From: Nitrosopumilaceae archaeon
Lineage (GTDB): Archaea > Thermoproteota > Nitrososphaeria > Nitrososphaerales > Nitrosopumilaceae
NCBI GenBank assembly: GCA_965207375.1
Contig: OZ242274.1
Location: 1,056,001 to 1,120,000, forward strand
Direction of reading: 5' to 3'
DNA: 64,000 bases
This document shows positions 38,405 through 49,778 of this stretch, piece by piece (positions within the stretch are counted from its first letter, which is position 1; the number at the start of each line of letters is the position of its first letter). The notes below the pieces were generated by a model. It was not told the origin of the DNA. It did no database searches and saw only the letters and a list, made by a program, of their open reading frames with translations. A program made the translations under genes and the position numbers.

Positions 38405-40000
38405 GTGCAGACAAAATTTATTTTTGTGACAGGCGGTGTTATGTCTGGCCTTGGAAAGGGTGTAACTACTTCCTCTATTGCCAAACTATTGCAACTGACC
38501 AATCAAAAAGTATCTTGTATCAAGATAGATCCATACCTAAACTATGATGCAGGTACGATGAATCCTGTAGCTCATGGGGAGGTCTTTGTCACAGAGGATG
38601 GAGGAGAATGTGATATGGATATTGGAAACTATGAGCGATTTCTAAATCAAAATATTCCAAAATCCCACAATATAACAACTGCCCAGGTTTATTCTAGTGT
38701 TATTGAGGCAGAAAGAAAGGGACAATATCTAGGTGCATGTGTTCAAATCATTCCCCATGTAACTGATGAAATTAAAAAAAGAATAAAGTTGGTTGCAGAA
38801 TCTGAAGAATTGGATATTCTAGTTGTAGAATGCGGCGGAACCGTAGGCGACATTGAAAGTCTACCATTTTTGGAGGCGTTAAGACAGATGAGAGTAGAGG
38901 CTGGATCAGAAAATGTATTGTTTGTACATGTTACACTAGCCCCATCACTAGAGGTGGTAGGGGAGCAAAAAACCAAACCCACACAGCACAGCGTTCAAGA
39001 ATTGCGCAGAATCGGTATTCAACCAGACCTGCTTGCAGTAAGATGTACACAACCGTTGGAGGAAAAGACAAAACAAAAGATTGCATTATTTACCAATGTG
39101 GGAACCAAAGACGTGTTTTCATGTCATGATGTAAAATCAATATTTATGGTTCCACAGATTCTATATGAGCAGGGAATCATTGATACTATATTCAAAAAAT
39201 TTGACAAAGTAGGATTGGTAAACACTGCAAAAAGCTGGGACAAATGGAGTGTCATAGTTCATAACATGACAAATCATGCAGGCAAGGTAAACATAGCAAT
39301 GGTTGGAAAATATGTAACACTAGCAGACAGCTATGTAAGTGTAAATCATGCACTCAAACATGCGGGAGCAAAAATTGGAAAATCGATTTTGATAGACTGG
39401 ATTGATTCTGAAGAGTTGGGAAATACCAGCAAACTGCAAAACTATGATGGAATTTTGGTGCCTGGAGGGTTTGGTACTAGGGGCGCTGAGGGAATCATTC
39501 AGGCAGCAAATCTTGCAAGAGAGAAAAATATTGCATATCTTGGAATTTGTTTTGGATTTCAGCTGGCAGCAGTTGCGTTTGGCCGCAATGTTTGCAATTA
39601 CAAAGAAGCAAACTCTACTGAAATCAATCCCGACACCGAAAATCCAATTATTGATCTGCTGCCAGAGCAAAAAAAGATCTCTGATATAGGGGGCTCACTG
39701 AGACTAGGAGCAAACGACATTCATATACAGGATAACACACTTGCAAGACGCATCTACAATTCAGATATTATTTCAAAAAGGCACCGTCACAGATATGAAA
39801 TAAACAAAGACTATATCCGTGAATTTGCAGACAAGGGATTAATTTTTACCGGACAAAGTGATAATGGTAAAAGAATGGAGATCTTGGAAATTCCAGATCA
39901 TAAATTTTTCCTAGGTGTGCAGTATCACCCAGAATTTAGCAGCAGGCCCGGTTTTCCTGAGGAATCTTTTGAGGCCTTTGTGAGTGCTGCAGCAGGCTAG
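38405..40000 (+). CDS. pyrG: CTP synthase
   Basis: [37 protein letters not shown]; GTG 38405 preferred to 38315. Confidence 0.97.
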   Translation: MQTKFIFVTGGVMSGLGKGVTTSSIAKLLQLTNQKVSCIKIDPYLNYDAGTMNPVAHGEVFVTEDGGECDMDIGNYERFLNQNIPKSHNITTAQVYSSVIEAERKGQYLGACVQIIPHVTDEIKKRIKLVAESEELDILVVECGGTVGDIESLPFLEALRQMRVEAGSENVLFVHVTLAPSLEVVGEQKTKPTQHSVQELRRIGIQPDLLAVRCTQPLEEKTKQKIALFTNVGTKDVFSCHDVKSIFMVPQILYEQGIIDTIFKKFDKVGLVNTAKSWDKWSVIVHNMTNHAGKVNIAMVGKYVTLADSYVSVNHALKHAGAKIGKSILIDWIDSEELGNTSKLQNYDGILVPGGFGTRGAEGIIQAANLAREKNIAYLGICFGFQLAAVAFGRNVCNYKEANSTEINPDTENPIIDLLPEQKKISDIGGSLRLGANDIHIQDNTLARRIYNSDIISKRHRHRYEINKDYIREFADKGLIFTGQSDNGKRMEILEIPDHKFFLGVQYHPEFSSRPGFPEESFEAFVSAAAG

Positions 40001-40419
40001 CAGTATTGCTTTAACCTCTTGATAGAATCGTCAATTTTTGGCAGATCAGACTTAAAATCAGAATTGCCCTCTAAGAGTCTAGTATAATATACGTCAGCAT
40101 CATCTACTGCCTTTATGATGTCTGCCTTGTAGCAAATCATTGCCTTTTCAATAATTTCTGTATCCTTTTCTAATTCTGATAATGTGGATGTATCTGTCAG
40201 ACTTGTACGTAGTCTGTTTGCAATGGGTTTGAGTTTGGGTGTATTTTTTGTGGCTTCTGATTGCAAAATAGAGCCAAACATCGCACCTGTATCTGCAATT
40301 TCTGGACTGTCTGAAATTCGGTGCAATCGCCTGTTATAGTGATTTAATGCACGCATTATAATCTCAAACCCTCCCTCGTTTTTGATAAAAATAGAACCAA
40401 GCCATGTTTTTTCTGCCAA
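39997..40419 (-). CDS. hypothetical protein
   Basis: 140-aa helical ORF in an operon-like run. Confidence 0.75.
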   Translation of the reverse strand: MAEKTWLGSIFIKNEGGFEIIMRALNHYNRRLHRISDSPEIADTGAMFGSILQSEATKNTPKLKPIANRLRTSLTDTSTLSELEKDTEIIEKAMICYKADIIKAVDDADVYYTRLLEGNSDFKSDLPKIDDSIKRLKQYC

Positions 40420-40446
40420 TATGACAATGGTATGTTGCTGTAGTAT

Positions 40447-41448
40447 TTATTCCAACTTGCAAATCTCATAAATTTTTTGCCGTGCATCGCGAATTGAGAT
40501 CTTCTTTTTTACATACCCTTTTTCTAAAAGATGACTCAGTGCCAATCTGACGGTTCTCTCAGGTAACAACGTTTTATTTGCAAGCTCCTTTTGAGTCATC
40601 TCGCCTTCGTACTCTAGCGTCTTTAAGAGCAATTTTGAGCTAGGTGGCATGCTTAATAGCTCCTTTGCAAGATTTACCTTTTTTGCAAGTGCAGAAATTG
40701 CAGTAGAATCTTGTTTTAATCTGATTATTTTGGCAGCAGGAGAGAATCTAGAACACTCTACTAGTTTTTTTACGTTATACCTGATAATGCCGTCTAAAAC
40801 AACCTCACAGTGCATTCTTGCAGAAATATCATCAATCTCGATGGTACTATCATTGGATACTATAAGGGGTCTGCGTGTAACATCAAGCGAATTGACAGAA
40901 ATAATTCCAAATACTGGAGATTCTTGAAAAATCACGGGTCCTCCTGCAGACATTGAATATGCCGATGAGCCTATGGGGGTGGAAATAATTATTCCGTCAC
41001 TGTTGTCATGCCAGACCTCCTGTCCGTTTACACGCAGGGTGTGCTCCATCAACATTGCACTTTTAGATGAAAAAACTGCAACATCATTTAAAATGGTGTA
41101 GGTATTTTTCCCGTCTATTTTCACACCAAGCCTTGGAACCTCCTCGACTTCGTATTTCTTCCTCTTTAGTTTAGATACATATGATACAAACTCTTTGTAA
41201 TCAATTTGTGCCAAAAATCCACTAGCTTCGCCCTCGCTGATTCCAATTACTGGAGTTGTGGCATCACGTGTGTGGTGAAAGTAATTTCGTACTCCCTTAT
41301 CTCCCCCTAAAACCAAAATACAATCTGCTGATTTTGCCTTGGATTTTGGGCCTATGGTAAAATTACCAATGTCTGCATCATCTAAAATTTTCTTAATTTT
41401 TTTAATCGATGATTCAGATACGTCTGTACTGTATATTCCAATCTGCAC
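40447..41448 (-). CDS. NAD kinase-family protein fused to a C-terminal winged HTH
   Basis: LGGD, LND, DGIIISTPIGSSAYSMSAGGP; C-terminal MTQKELA...TVRLAL..L.EKGYV. Confidence 0.85.
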   Translation of the reverse strand: MQIGIYSTDVSESSIKKIKKILDDADIGNFTIGPKSKAKSADCILVLGGDKGVRNYFHHTRDATTPVIGISEGEASGFLAQIDYKEFVSYVSKLKRKKYEVEEVPRLGVKIDGKNTYTILNDVAVFSSKSAMLMEHTLRVNGQEVWHDNSDGIIISTPIGSSAYSMSAGGPVIFQESPVFGIISVNSLDVTRRPLIVSNDSTIEIDDISARMHCEVVLDGIIRYNVKKLVECSRFSPAAKIIRLKQDSTAISALAKKVNLAKELLSMPPSSKLLLKTLEYEGEMTQKELANKTLLPERTVRLALSHLLEKGYVKKKISIRDARQKIYEICKLE

Positions 41449-41485
41449 ATGGAAATATCAAAATTGTATAATAAAAGCCTACAAA

Positions 41486-42358
41486 CTAGACCTGCTTGAA
41501 ATCAAGCATGTTATAAAAATACGATGCATTAGTAGAAACTGCACCCTTTTCTGGAATTTTTTGCAATCCTATCTGTTTAGTTTCTAATGCAGCCTGTACA
41601 GAACCACCTGCAAAGCACAATGCCCACAATGAATCTCTTTCTTTTAGTATAGTACAGGTAAATATGGCACCAAATATGTCTCCGATTCCTGTCGTATCAT
41701 AAACCTCTTTGTTTGGAATCTTCAAAGAGTACATCCTGTTACCGTCTAGCATCGATATTTGGGTTTTGTTGGTACAAAGCACGTATTTTACACCTAGTTT
41801 TTGTAATTTTTTCATACCCTCAATATCTGATCTGCCTACAAGTTTTTCCATCTCTTCGACATTTGCCTTGATTGCAGTTACGCCCAAAAGATCAATATCT
41901 GTTTTTTCTAAAAATATTCTTGACTCTGCATCTACCCTTCTCAAAAATCCTTGGGGATCCAAAAACACAAACTTTGAATTGCCTTTGATTTTATCAAAGG
42001 TCTCAGAAGATATCTCATCCATAACCGGATTAACAATTACTCCATCTGATTTTGATTCCGTATATGAAATGGGTTCGCACCTGTTTGCAATGTACAGCTG
42101 GCGCTCTGTCCCGTCTATGTTGATTTTAAATTGTGTGGTGGGAATACTTGCTAGTGAATCATCATGCTGAATTTTGTGTGCATCTAAATAGTCAGCACTT
42201 GAAAAATCATCTCCGAATTTTGTATGTAAATTTACATCAAACTTGAATTTTCTAGCCGCATGACTACAATAGCATGCAGAGCCTCCTACCTGTTGATATT
42301 TGGAATCGCCAATGTGTATGTCATCAATTGTACAGTGCGCATAAATGTCCAGCTTCAT
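41486..42358 (-). CDS. PfkB/ribokinase-family kinase
   Basis: GGSACY, LDPQG, DTTGIGDIF. Confidence 0.88.
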   Translation of the reverse strand: MKLDIYAHCTIDDIHIGDSKYQQVGGSACYCSHAARKFKFDVNLHTKFGDDFSSADYLDAHKIQHDDSLASIPTTQFKINIDGTERQLYIANRCEPISYTESKSDGVIVNPVMDEISSETFDKIKGNSKFVFLDPQGFLRRVDAESRIFLEKTDIDLLGVTAIKANVEEMEKLVGRSDIEGMKKLQKLGVKYVLCTNKTQISMLDGNRMYSLKIPNKEVYDTTGIGDIFGAIFTCTILKERDSLWALCFAGGSVQAALETKQIGLQKIPEKGAVSTNASYFYNMLDFKQV

Positions 42359-42377
42359 TTGCTACAAATGATCCATC

Positions 42378-42485
42378 TCAAGATTTAGGGGTTTGCTTTT
42401 TCTTACAGCTTGCACACAATATTTGCCCCTTTCCTGTAATCAACTCGACATTGGAACTAAGACACATGTGACACAGTCCTTTCAT
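42378..42485 (-). CDS. 35-aa CxxC...CxxC zinc-ribbon microprotein
   Basis: MKGLCHMCLSSNVELITGKGQILCASCKKKQTPKS; ends 19 bp before the pfkB-like gene. Confidence 0.65.
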   Translation of the reverse strand: MKGLCHMCLSSNVELITGKGQILCASCKKKQTPKS

Positions 42486-42596
42486 GCTGTTATTTTATAC
42501 GATGATCTTCCATTAAAGAATAGAGGACAAAACGTCTAGTTTGGACTATAAGATATAAACTGCAAGATTATAAGTAGGAAAAAACCATGCCTACCT

Positions 42597-42884
42597 ATGC
42601 CATTAAAACGTGCTAGTAGGGGGCGCACAAAGGGAGGAAAAGGTTCAACAGGCGTTGTACAATGCTCCAACTGCGGTCAGACCGTTCCCAAGGACAAGGC
42701 AAAAAAGGTCACATCTAGATTAAACTTGGTAGAGCACACACTAGCAAAGGAGCTTCGCGCACAGGGCGCATATATTGCATCTCCCAAGGTACTTAACTGG
42801 TATTGTATTTCATGTGCTATTCATTTTAAGATTCTAAAAATTAGATCCGCAGATAATAGACGAAAGCGTGGCAGGCTGCGATAA
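42597..42884 (+). CDS. rps26e: 30S ribosomal protein S26e
   Basis: KRASRGR, CSNCG..VPKDKA, YCISCAIH. Confidence 0.96.
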   Translation: MPLKRASRGRTKGGKGSTGVVQCSNCGQTVPKDKAKKVTSRLNLVEHTLAKELRAQGAYIASPKVLNWYCISCAIHFKILKIRSADNRRKRGRLR

Positions 42885-42885
42885 T

Positions 42886-43458
42886 TCAGTCTAACTTTTT
42901 GATAATAGTAACAATTCTTTGAATCAGGGTAATGCCTGCAATTATTATTACAATTATGACTGCAATTTCCATCATTGCAGGAATCATTCCAATTATTGCA
43001 ATTACTAACAACCTTTCTGCCCTTTCGCCAATTCCAATTCCTTGTAATTTTATATTCAGAGCATCTGCCTTTGAGCGAGCATAACTTACCAACAAAGACA
43101 GTGTGATTGCAAGTACAACTAGATGTGGTTCTGCATGACCTCCAACAAGAATTCCCAAAAAGATTGCAACCTCTGCAATCTTGTCAAACATTGAATCCAA
43201 AAATGAGCCCTTGGCCGATGTTTTTTTGGTGACCCTTGCAACCTGTCCATCAACAATATCAAAAAATCCTGAAATCAAAAGCAAAACCCCTCCTAAAATT
43301 AATGCATACTCAAAACCTATGCCGTAAACAATTGCAGAAATAAATGCAAATGCCAACCCGATTGTTGTCCAAAAATTTGGAGACATTCCTGTACCTGCAA
43401 AGATACGTCCTATGCCTTCTAGTGTTGGTTTGAGACGTTCTCTTAGGTTGTTTAGCAT
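42886..43458 (-). CDS. pgsA: CDP-alcohol phosphatidyltransferase (archaetidylinositol-phosphate synthase-like)
   Basis: D-x2-DG-x2-AR...G-x2-LD-x3-D; SYAR, GERAER. Confidence 0.9.
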   Translation of the reverse strand: MLNNLRERLKPTLEGIGRIFAGTGMSPNFWTTIGLAFAFISAIVYGIGFEYALILGGVLLLISGFFDIVDGQVARVTKKTSAKGSFLDSMFDKIAEVAIFLGILVGGHAEPHLVVLAITLSLLVSYARSKADALNIKLQGIGIGERAERLLVIAIIGMIPAMMEIAVIIVIIIAGITLIQRIVTIIKKLD

Positions 43459-43723
43459 GGGATTTTACAAGTTTTGATGTATATATAAAATAGATCCGGC
43501 ATTTGTTCTGTTGGATTGTGTATATTGATTTGCCAAATGATGATGCAAGCCTCTTTACAATGAGACTTTCATTCGTACCCATACATAGGACAAGAGAATA
43601 GCTTTGCTGTGACAATACACTCCATTATAGAAACATCAGAAATTAGATTCAAAAATGCAATTCTTGATAAATGAATCTCACAGACGATTGATTTAATACC
43701 TTTTTAATCCATAATATTACAAT

Positions 43724-43967
43724 TTGGGAATATATGCACAATATCTTGAACAGTTAACCACCTTTGATGAGATCACCGAAGAAAGAAAGAAAATACTCTC
43801 AAAGATTTCTGAGATCAGGGGTAGAGATGTTCTCACATTTGCATCTGACATATCCAAAGGAAAGTCTCCAATAACAATCGAATACTCCGATCTTCTTCCG
43901 GTCCAAGATCAACTAGAAAACTTGTCCGGAAATGCAATCGATATAATACTTGAAACACCGGGAGGTA
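43724..43967 (+). pseudogene. N-terminal fragment of a ClpP-like/SDH_sah serine peptidase truncated by IS630
   Basis: IDIILETPGG immediately before the IS end; no continuation after the element. Confidence 0.65.
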
Positions 43968-45404
43968 TAGCGATGCGCAAAAGTTCCTACCCAGCGATTC
44001 TACACAGGACTACGCCAGCACATACAAAATAATGAGAAATCACGCCTGATTTTTTCCAAACTGTACAAAAAAAATACACAAGGTAAGAAAATATCTGCAA
44101 GAACAGTAAAAGATCAGATCGATTTAATCCAAACATGAAAGAGGCCAAGCTCTTATCTGATATACGCAGAACCGAAAAGGAAGGACGTCGTGCCCGAAGA
44201 TTAAGTATGTTAATCGTACTTGCAAATATGGATTACATAGTCACAGCAGCTGCTGTCACATATAGATGCAACAGAAAAACAGTATCACTGTGGCGTGACA
44301 GAAGAATTCAATACGGAAACAACATAAGTAAAATACTCGAGGCACTTTCAGACAGACCTAGGTCAGGCAGACCTACAAAGATAAGCAAAAAACATCTAGA
44401 CAAAGCCAAATCATGGTGTGACATACGCACATTTACGCCAATAGAGATGCAAAATTATCTTGAAAAAATTTCAGGAGTCAAGTTGAGTCTATCACAGACA
44501 AGACGATACATCAAAAAGTGGGGACACTCTTGCAAAAAAACATCTCCCCTGCACATCAAAAGAGCATCACCTGAATCTGTAGCAAAATGGTATACAAGCA
44601 GCATGGGCAAAGTGAGATACTATGCAAAGCAAGGATATGCAATAGCTACCATGGATGAGTCCCACTTTAAGGACGCAGTGCTTTCTACAAAATACTGGGC
44701 AAAGAGAGGCCTTTGCATATTCATGCCATGGTCAGGCGGACACCACAGATTCTCAATGCTGTGTACTATAACTGATAATGGCAAGCACTTTTTCAATCAT
44801 ACAGACAAAGTAAACACTGACAGCTTTTTAGAGCACATTGAAAAAGTATACCAAAAGGTGGGCAAGATGGTATTGTTTTTGGATGAGGCACCCTGGCATG
44901 CATCTATTGGTGCACAAGAATTTTTCGAAAAACGAGACATTGTATTGATATGGTATCCTGTGGGTCATCCGTATCTTAATCCCGTAGAGGAGATCTGGAG
45001 TGTACTCAAGCGTACAATTGATTACTCTATACGATACTCAGACATCAAGACACATTTGACAGCAGTATACGGATTTATCAAAAAATATGAGTTTGATTAT
45101 GATTTAAAAAAACATTGGAAGAGAAAACCTCCTGCTGGTATAATGCGACCCTTTGTGCGCTCTGACACAAAACACAATGATAGGATCCAGGCATTACAGG
45201 TAAGCAGTAAGCCAAGAAATCGTAACTGAACTATACATGTATTGATGGTTTGTACAATTGTTGTATGTATTTACAAAATGATACCGTGTGGAATCATCAT
45301 GCTGTCTTTGCTTAATCTTGGTGTATTGTGTAAGTTGTGTAAGATTTTATTCCTGCGTCTAGTTTGCTGATTTTGTGCTGGGTACGAACTTTTGCGCATC
45401 GCTA
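43968..45404 (+). mobile_element. IS630-family element, intact
   Basis: TIRs tagcgatgcgcaaaagttcctacccagc / gctgggtacgaacttttgcgcatcgcta, flanked by TA on both sides. Confidence 0.92.
44135..45229 (+). CDS. IS630 transposase
   Basis: RSGRPTK, MDESHF, LDEAPWH, PYLNPVEEIW. Confidence 0.93.
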   Translation: MKEAKLLSDIRRTEKEGRRARRLSMLIVLANMDYIVTAAAVTYRCNRKTVSLWRDRRIQYGNNISKILEALSDRPRSGRPTKISKKHLDKAKSWCDIRTFTPIEMQNYLEKISGVKLSLSQTRRYIKKWGHSCKKTSPLHIKRASPESVAKWYTSSMGKVRYYAKQGYAIATMDESHFKDAVLSTKYWAKRGLCIFMPWSGGHHRFSMLCTITDNGKHFFNHTDKVNTDSFLEHIEKVYQKVGKMVLFLDEAPWHASIGAQEFFEKRDIVLIWYPVGHPYLNPVEEIWSVLKRTIDYSIRYSDIKTHLTAVYGFIKKYEFDYDLKKHWKRKPPAGIMRPFVRSDTKHNDRIQALQVSSKPRNRN

Positions 45405-46210
45405 TATGTCTTTTTTATGGTTTCTTTTTTCAGGCTTTTTGTAAATGATGCAACCTCTGTCTCTATTTTTGCCTGTGGTGTTTTTTCAATTAATTTTAAA
45501 AGTGCACTACCAACTATTACTGCGTCAGCTCCTGCTCGAACATATTTTTTTACATCTAGAGGAGTTGAGACTCCAAATCCGACTCCTACCGGAATCTTTC
45601 CACCTGTCTGCCTTTTGACATTCTTTATTGCCTGTATGGTATAATTTTTGATTCCTGTATTTGTCCCTGTTGTGCCATACACTGCCACAAGATACAAAAA
45701 TCCTGATGTCACCTTTGCAATTTTTCGTATTCTAGCGCTATCTGTATTTGGCGAAATTAGAAAAATCGTATCTGCATTGTCTTTTGCAGCCTTGAGATAT
45801 TGGGCCGACTCTTCAATTGACATGTCTGGCAAAATGAATCCGTCAATTCCTGCCTTTTTTGCCATGCTGATAAATTTACTATATCCCTTGTGATACAGTA
45901 TGTTTGTATATGTCATTAAAACTAGGGGGATATCTGTCTGCTTTCTGATTTTTTTAACAATTTCAAAAAACCTCCCAGTCGTAACTCCTCTTTTTAGTGA
46001 TATAGTACCTGCATTTTGAATAACCGGCCCGTCTGCCAAGGGATCTGAGAAAGGAAATCCCAACTCAATAATATCTGCTCCTCCTCTGATAAGACCATTG
46101 ACTGCTGACATTGTGACCCTCTCATTTGGAAATCCTACCATGGTATAGCAAATCAGAGCTCTTTGGTGCCTTGATTCTAATTCCTTGAATTTTTCTTCAA
46201 TTTTTGACAT
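45359..46210 (-). CDS. trpA: tryptophan synthase alpha subunit (C-terminus reads into the IS630 end)
   Basis: [30 protein letters not shown]. Confidence 0.95.
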   Translation of the reverse strand: MSKIEEKFKELESRHQRALICYTMVGFPNERVTMSAVNGLIRGGADIIELGFPFSDPLADGPVIQNAGTISLKRGVTTGRFFEIVKKIRKQTDIPLVLMTYTNILYHKGYSKFISMAKKAGIDGFILPDMSIEESAQYLKAAKDNADTIFLISPNTDSARIRKIAKVTSGFLYLVAVYGTTGTNTGIKNYTIQAIKNVKRQTGGKIPVGVGFGVSTPLDVKKYVRAGADAVIVGSALLKLIEKTPQAKIETEVASFTKSLKKETIKKTYSDAQKFVPSTKSAN

Positions 46211-47381
46211 TATCCAAGTACTCCTGTACTACCTCCACGTCCTTGTCCCCTCTGCCAGATAATGTAACCACTATTGACTCTGATTTTTTTGATTTTTTTG
46301 CAACATTGATTGCCTCTGCAATTGCATGTGATGATTCCAATGCAGGAATGATGCCTTCAGTTTGTGTCAATTTTAAAAACGCATCAACTACTTGCTTGTC
46401 TGTGGCACTGTGATATTTTACACGATTAATCTCCTTTAGATGCGCATGTTCAGGACCCACCCCTGGATAATCAAGTCCTGCTGAAATACTGTGCGTCTCC
46501 TTTATCTGACCTTGTTCATCCTGTAGCAGATAAGTCATCATTCCATGTAAAACCCCTCTGCTTCCTGCAGACAGCGTGGCTGAGTGATACTGTGTATTGA
46601 GTCCTTGACCTGCTGCCTCTACACCGATGATGTCTGCATCTGTATCTATCATTGGATAAAACGTACCTATCGCATTTGATCCTCCACCAACACATGCAAT
46701 TACGGTGTCTGGCACTGTTGAAATTGCTTTCATTTGCTGTTTGATCTCTTGGCCTATTATTGCCTGAAAATCTCGTACCATGACAGGATACGGATGCGGT
46801 CCTACGGCAGAACCTAGTAGATAGTATGTGGATTTTACGTTTGTAATCCAGTCTCTTATTGCCTCATTGATTGCATCCTTTAACGTCTGGGAACCTGCTT
46901 TTACGGGATGAACCTTTGAACCAAGCAGATTCATTCTAAACACGTTGAGTTTTTGCCGTATGGTGTCTTTGTAGCCCATGTATACCTCTGCCTTCATTCC
47001 AAGTGCTGCACACGCCATGGCAGTTGCCACTCCATGTTGGCCTGCCCCTGTTTCTGCAATGATTCTTTTTTTCTTCATTCTTTTGGCCAAAAGTGCCTGA
47101 CCTAGGGTATTGTTGATTTTGTGTGCCCCACCATGAAGCAAGTCTTCTCGCTTTAGGTATATTTTTGCCCCACCTATTTTCTCTGTCAGGTTTTTGGCAT
47201 AATACAAAGGCGTGGGTCTTCCTGCATATTCTCTAAGATAATGAGTCAACTCACTTTTGAATTCTTTGTCGTTTTTAATTTTAAGATAATTTTCCTCTAG
47301 TTCCTTGATTGCAGGTACTAGTGTTTCTGGTATGTATCTTCCACCAAACTCTCCAAACCTTCCATCCTTGGGATATCTCAA
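46197..47381 (-). CDS. trpB: tryptophan synthase beta subunit
   Basis: [37 protein letters not shown]. Confidence 0.97.
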   Translation of the reverse strand: MRYPKDGRFGEFGGRYIPETLVPAIKELEENYLKIKNDKEFKSELTHYLREYAGRPTPLYYAKNLTEKIGGAKIYLKREDLLHGGAHKINNTLGQALLAKRMKKKRIIAETGAGQHGVATAMACAALGMKAEVYMGYKDTIRQKLNVFRMNLLGSKVHPVKAGSQTLKDAINEAIRDWITNVKSTYYLLGSAVGPHPYPVMVRDFQAIIGQEIKQQMKAISTVPDTVIACVGGGSNAIGTFYPMIDTDADIIGVEAAGQGLNTQYHSATLSAGSRGVLHGMMTYLLQDEQGQIKETHSISAGLDYPGVGPEHAHLKEINRVKYHSATDKQVVDAFLKLTQTEGIIPALESSHAIAEAINVAKKSKKSESIVVTLSGRGDKDVEVVQEYLDNVKN

Positions 47382-48154
47382 TACGAATTCACCAATTTCC
47401 TCACATGCTCTTTGATATTATCGCTTTTCATTACGCTAGAGCCTACCAGAAATGCGTCTGCCCCGCATTTTTTCAGATATTGAATGTCTTTGGGCGTGTT
47501 TATGCCGCTTTCTGAGAGTATGGGTATAGTCTTTTCAAACCCGTCTAGTATGTGCCGTGTGGTGTTTAGATCTATTTTTAGCGTGTCTAGATCCCGATTG
47601 TTGATTCCAACCAAATCTGCATCCGTTTTTAACGCATTTTCTAATTCTATTCTTGTATGGGCCTCTACTAGTATTTTGAGTCCCTTTTTGTGACCGTATC
47701 GTATCAGCTCATCGATTCCGTCTAAATATCCCTTGTCAAATAACGACTGGATTAATAAAATATAGTCTGCTCCAATTTTTTGGCCTGCATCTATTTGTAT
47801 TTTATCAATTATGATATCCTTCATTAGCAATGGGACATTTACTGCATCTCTTACCTTGATAAAGTATTGAGGTGATCCACTGAAAAGATATGGCTGTGTC
47901 AAAACAGACAGTGCCTTTGAGCCTCCAGATACCATCTGCCTTGCAATTAGTGCGGGATCTGATGCCGTCCTGATTTTGCCTAGCGACGGAGATGCAAATT
48001 TTATCTCAGTAATTAGTGTGGCATGCGGATTTGTCCTGATGATACCTGTAAGATCTTGGGTAGATTTTTTCATATTTGCAGATACCTCGTATACTCCGTC
48101 ATCTATTGCAGCCTGAGAATTGTTAACTAGTTTTTTGAGAATATTTTCTGTCAA
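47378..48154 (-). CDS. trpC: indole-3-glycerol phosphate synthase
   Basis: [25 protein letters not shown]. Confidence 0.96.
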   Translation of the reverse strand: MTENILKKLVNNSQAAIDDGVYEVSANMKKSTQDLTGIIRTNPHATLITEIKFASPSLGKIRTASDPALIARQMVSGGSKALSVLTQPYLFSGSPQYFIKVRDAVNVPLLMKDIIIDKIQIDAGQKIGADYILLIQSLFDKGYLDGIDELIRYGHKKGLKILVEAHTRIELENALKTDADLVGINNRDLDTLKIDLNTTRHILDGFEKTIPILSESGINTPKDIQYLKKCGADAFLVGSSVMKSDNIKEHVRKLVNSY

Positions 48155-49194
48155 TCTGTCACCTCTTTTAATTTTTTGAGATCTCCTGTATCTCGAACAA
48201 ACTCCTCTAATAGCCTGTATGCACGTCCGCTCTTTATTGTGTGTAGTGCAGTCTGTACTGCCTCCTTGAAATCATCTTCAACATTTGCTACAATCAACCC
48301 GCCTGCTGCATTGAGGGCCGTAGTTTCAATCATTGCCTGGTTGGCAGTGTTGTTTAGTACTGTAACAAATGATTTTATCGCATCCTGTTTTGTTTTAATT
48401 TGAATCTGACTCATTGATGACTTGTGCAATCCTACCGTTTCAGGATCCACAGAATCGGTCAAAATTTTACCGTCTTTTAGAATTGCTATTTTGTTTGCAG
48501 CACTAGTTGAGAATTCATCCATTCCATCATCTGATATGACCGTCATTATGTTTTGTGCCCCCTTTTGTCCTAGTATTGTAGGCAGTCTGCACAAAAAATC
48601 AGCCGAGGATACGCCGACTAGTTGGTTTTTTACCCCTGCTGGATTACACAGCGGACCTAATAGATTAAACGCCGTTCTTTTTGCAATCTGCTTTCTTGCA
48701 AAAGACACATGTTTCATTGCAGGGTGAAATTTTTGTGCAAACATAAAACAAATTCTATGTTTCTCTAGGATTTGTGCAATTGACGCAGGCCCCTGATTCA
48801 GATCATATCCAAAATATTCAAAAATATCTGCACTGCCTGATACTCCTGAACTTGAACGATTACCGTGCTTTGCAACAGTTCCGCCTGCTGCAGCAACTAC
48901 AAATGATGCCGTGGTAGATACATTAAATGTTTGAAGTCTGTCTCCTCCGGTACCGCACATGTCAATTATGGTGCTGTGATTTTTAGGCTCAATTTTGAGT
49001 GAATATTCTTGCATTTTGTCTAGCATTGCCAATAGTTCATCGTCAGTTTCCCCCTTTGTTGCAAGCTTTGACAAAAATTGGATATTTTCGTCATCACTTG
49101 TTTTTCCAGATAAAATCTCTGTCATGATTTGATTCATTTGATTATAGCTCAGACTGGTTTTTTCCTGTAGCATTGAGATCATATCTGATATCAT
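48151..49194 (-). CDS. trpD: anthranilate phosphoribosyltransferase
   Basis: DMCGTGGD..TFNVST, KHGNRS. Confidence 0.96.
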   Translation of the reverse strand: MISDMISMLQEKTSLSYNQMNQIMTEILSGKTSDDENIQFLSKLATKGETDDELLAMLDKMQEYSLKIEPKNHSTIIDMCGTGGDRLQTFNVSTTASFVVAAAGGTVAKHGNRSSSGVSGSADIFEYFGYDLNQGPASIAQILEKHRICFMFAQKFHPAMKHVSFARKQIAKRTAFNLLGPLCNPAGVKNQLVGVSSADFLCRLPTILGQKGAQNIMTVISDDGMDEFSTSAANKIAILKDGKILTDSVDPETVGLHKSSMSQIQIKTKQDAIKSFVTVLNNTANQAMIETTALNAAGGLIVANVEDDFKEAVQTALHTIKSGRAYRLLEEFVRDTGDLKKLKEVTD

Positions 49195-49778
49195 TGTTTT
49201 ACCTCCTCTATGAAATTGCTCAGGATTTTTTTGCCCTCTTGCGTCATAATTGATTCGGGATGAAACTGAACTCCCTCTATGAGATAGTTTCGGTGTCGTA
49301 TTGCCATGATTTCACCGTCATCTTCTGCAGTTGCAGTTACCTCCAAAATGTTTGGAATTACAGTCTTGTCTCCAACTAGTGAGTGATACCTTGTGGCTCT
49401 AAATGGATTCTTTACTCCTTTGAATAATTTTGAATTTTTGTGACGTACGGGACTGGTTTTTCCATGTCTTACACATCCTGCATTTGTGACCTTGCCTCCA
49501 AATGCGTGTATGATGCCCTGATGTCCTAGACACACTCCGAGTATTGGTTTTGTCGGCCCCATCTCTCTGATAACCTCACTACATACTCCAAAATATTTTT
49601 TATCTTCAGGTGTTCCGGGACCCGGTGAAATTATTATTGCATCATAATTTTTTACCTTGATATCTGTTAATGTTATTTTGTCGTTTCTTATGACATCTGA
49701 ATCCACTCCCAACTCACCTAGGTACTGTGCTATATTGTATACAAATGAGTCATAATTGTCAATGATTAAAAATCTCAT
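49191..49778 (-). CDS. trpG: anthranilate synthase component II
   Basis: IDNYDSF, SPGPG, GVCLGHQ, QFHPES. Confidence 0.96.
   Translation of the reverse strand: MRFLIIDNYDSFVYNIAQYLGELGVDSDVIRNDKITLTDIKVKNYDAIIISPGPGTPEDKKYFGVCSEVIREMGPTKPILGVCLGHQGIIHAFGGKVTNAGCVRHGKTSPVRHKNSKLFKGVKNPFRATRYHSLVGDKTVIPNILEVTATAEDDGEIMAIRHRNYLIEGVQFHPESIMTQEGKKILSNFIEEVKQ

Noticed and set aside
43310-43630. ORF 43310-43615 and 57260-57480 intergenic frames
   Set aside because: Overlap real genes or are broken by stops, with no recognisable family
44031-44049. aatgagaaatcacgcctga in IS630 resembles part of the reverse complement of the 37-bp repeat
   Set aside because: Only about 11 contiguous matches; compatible with chance
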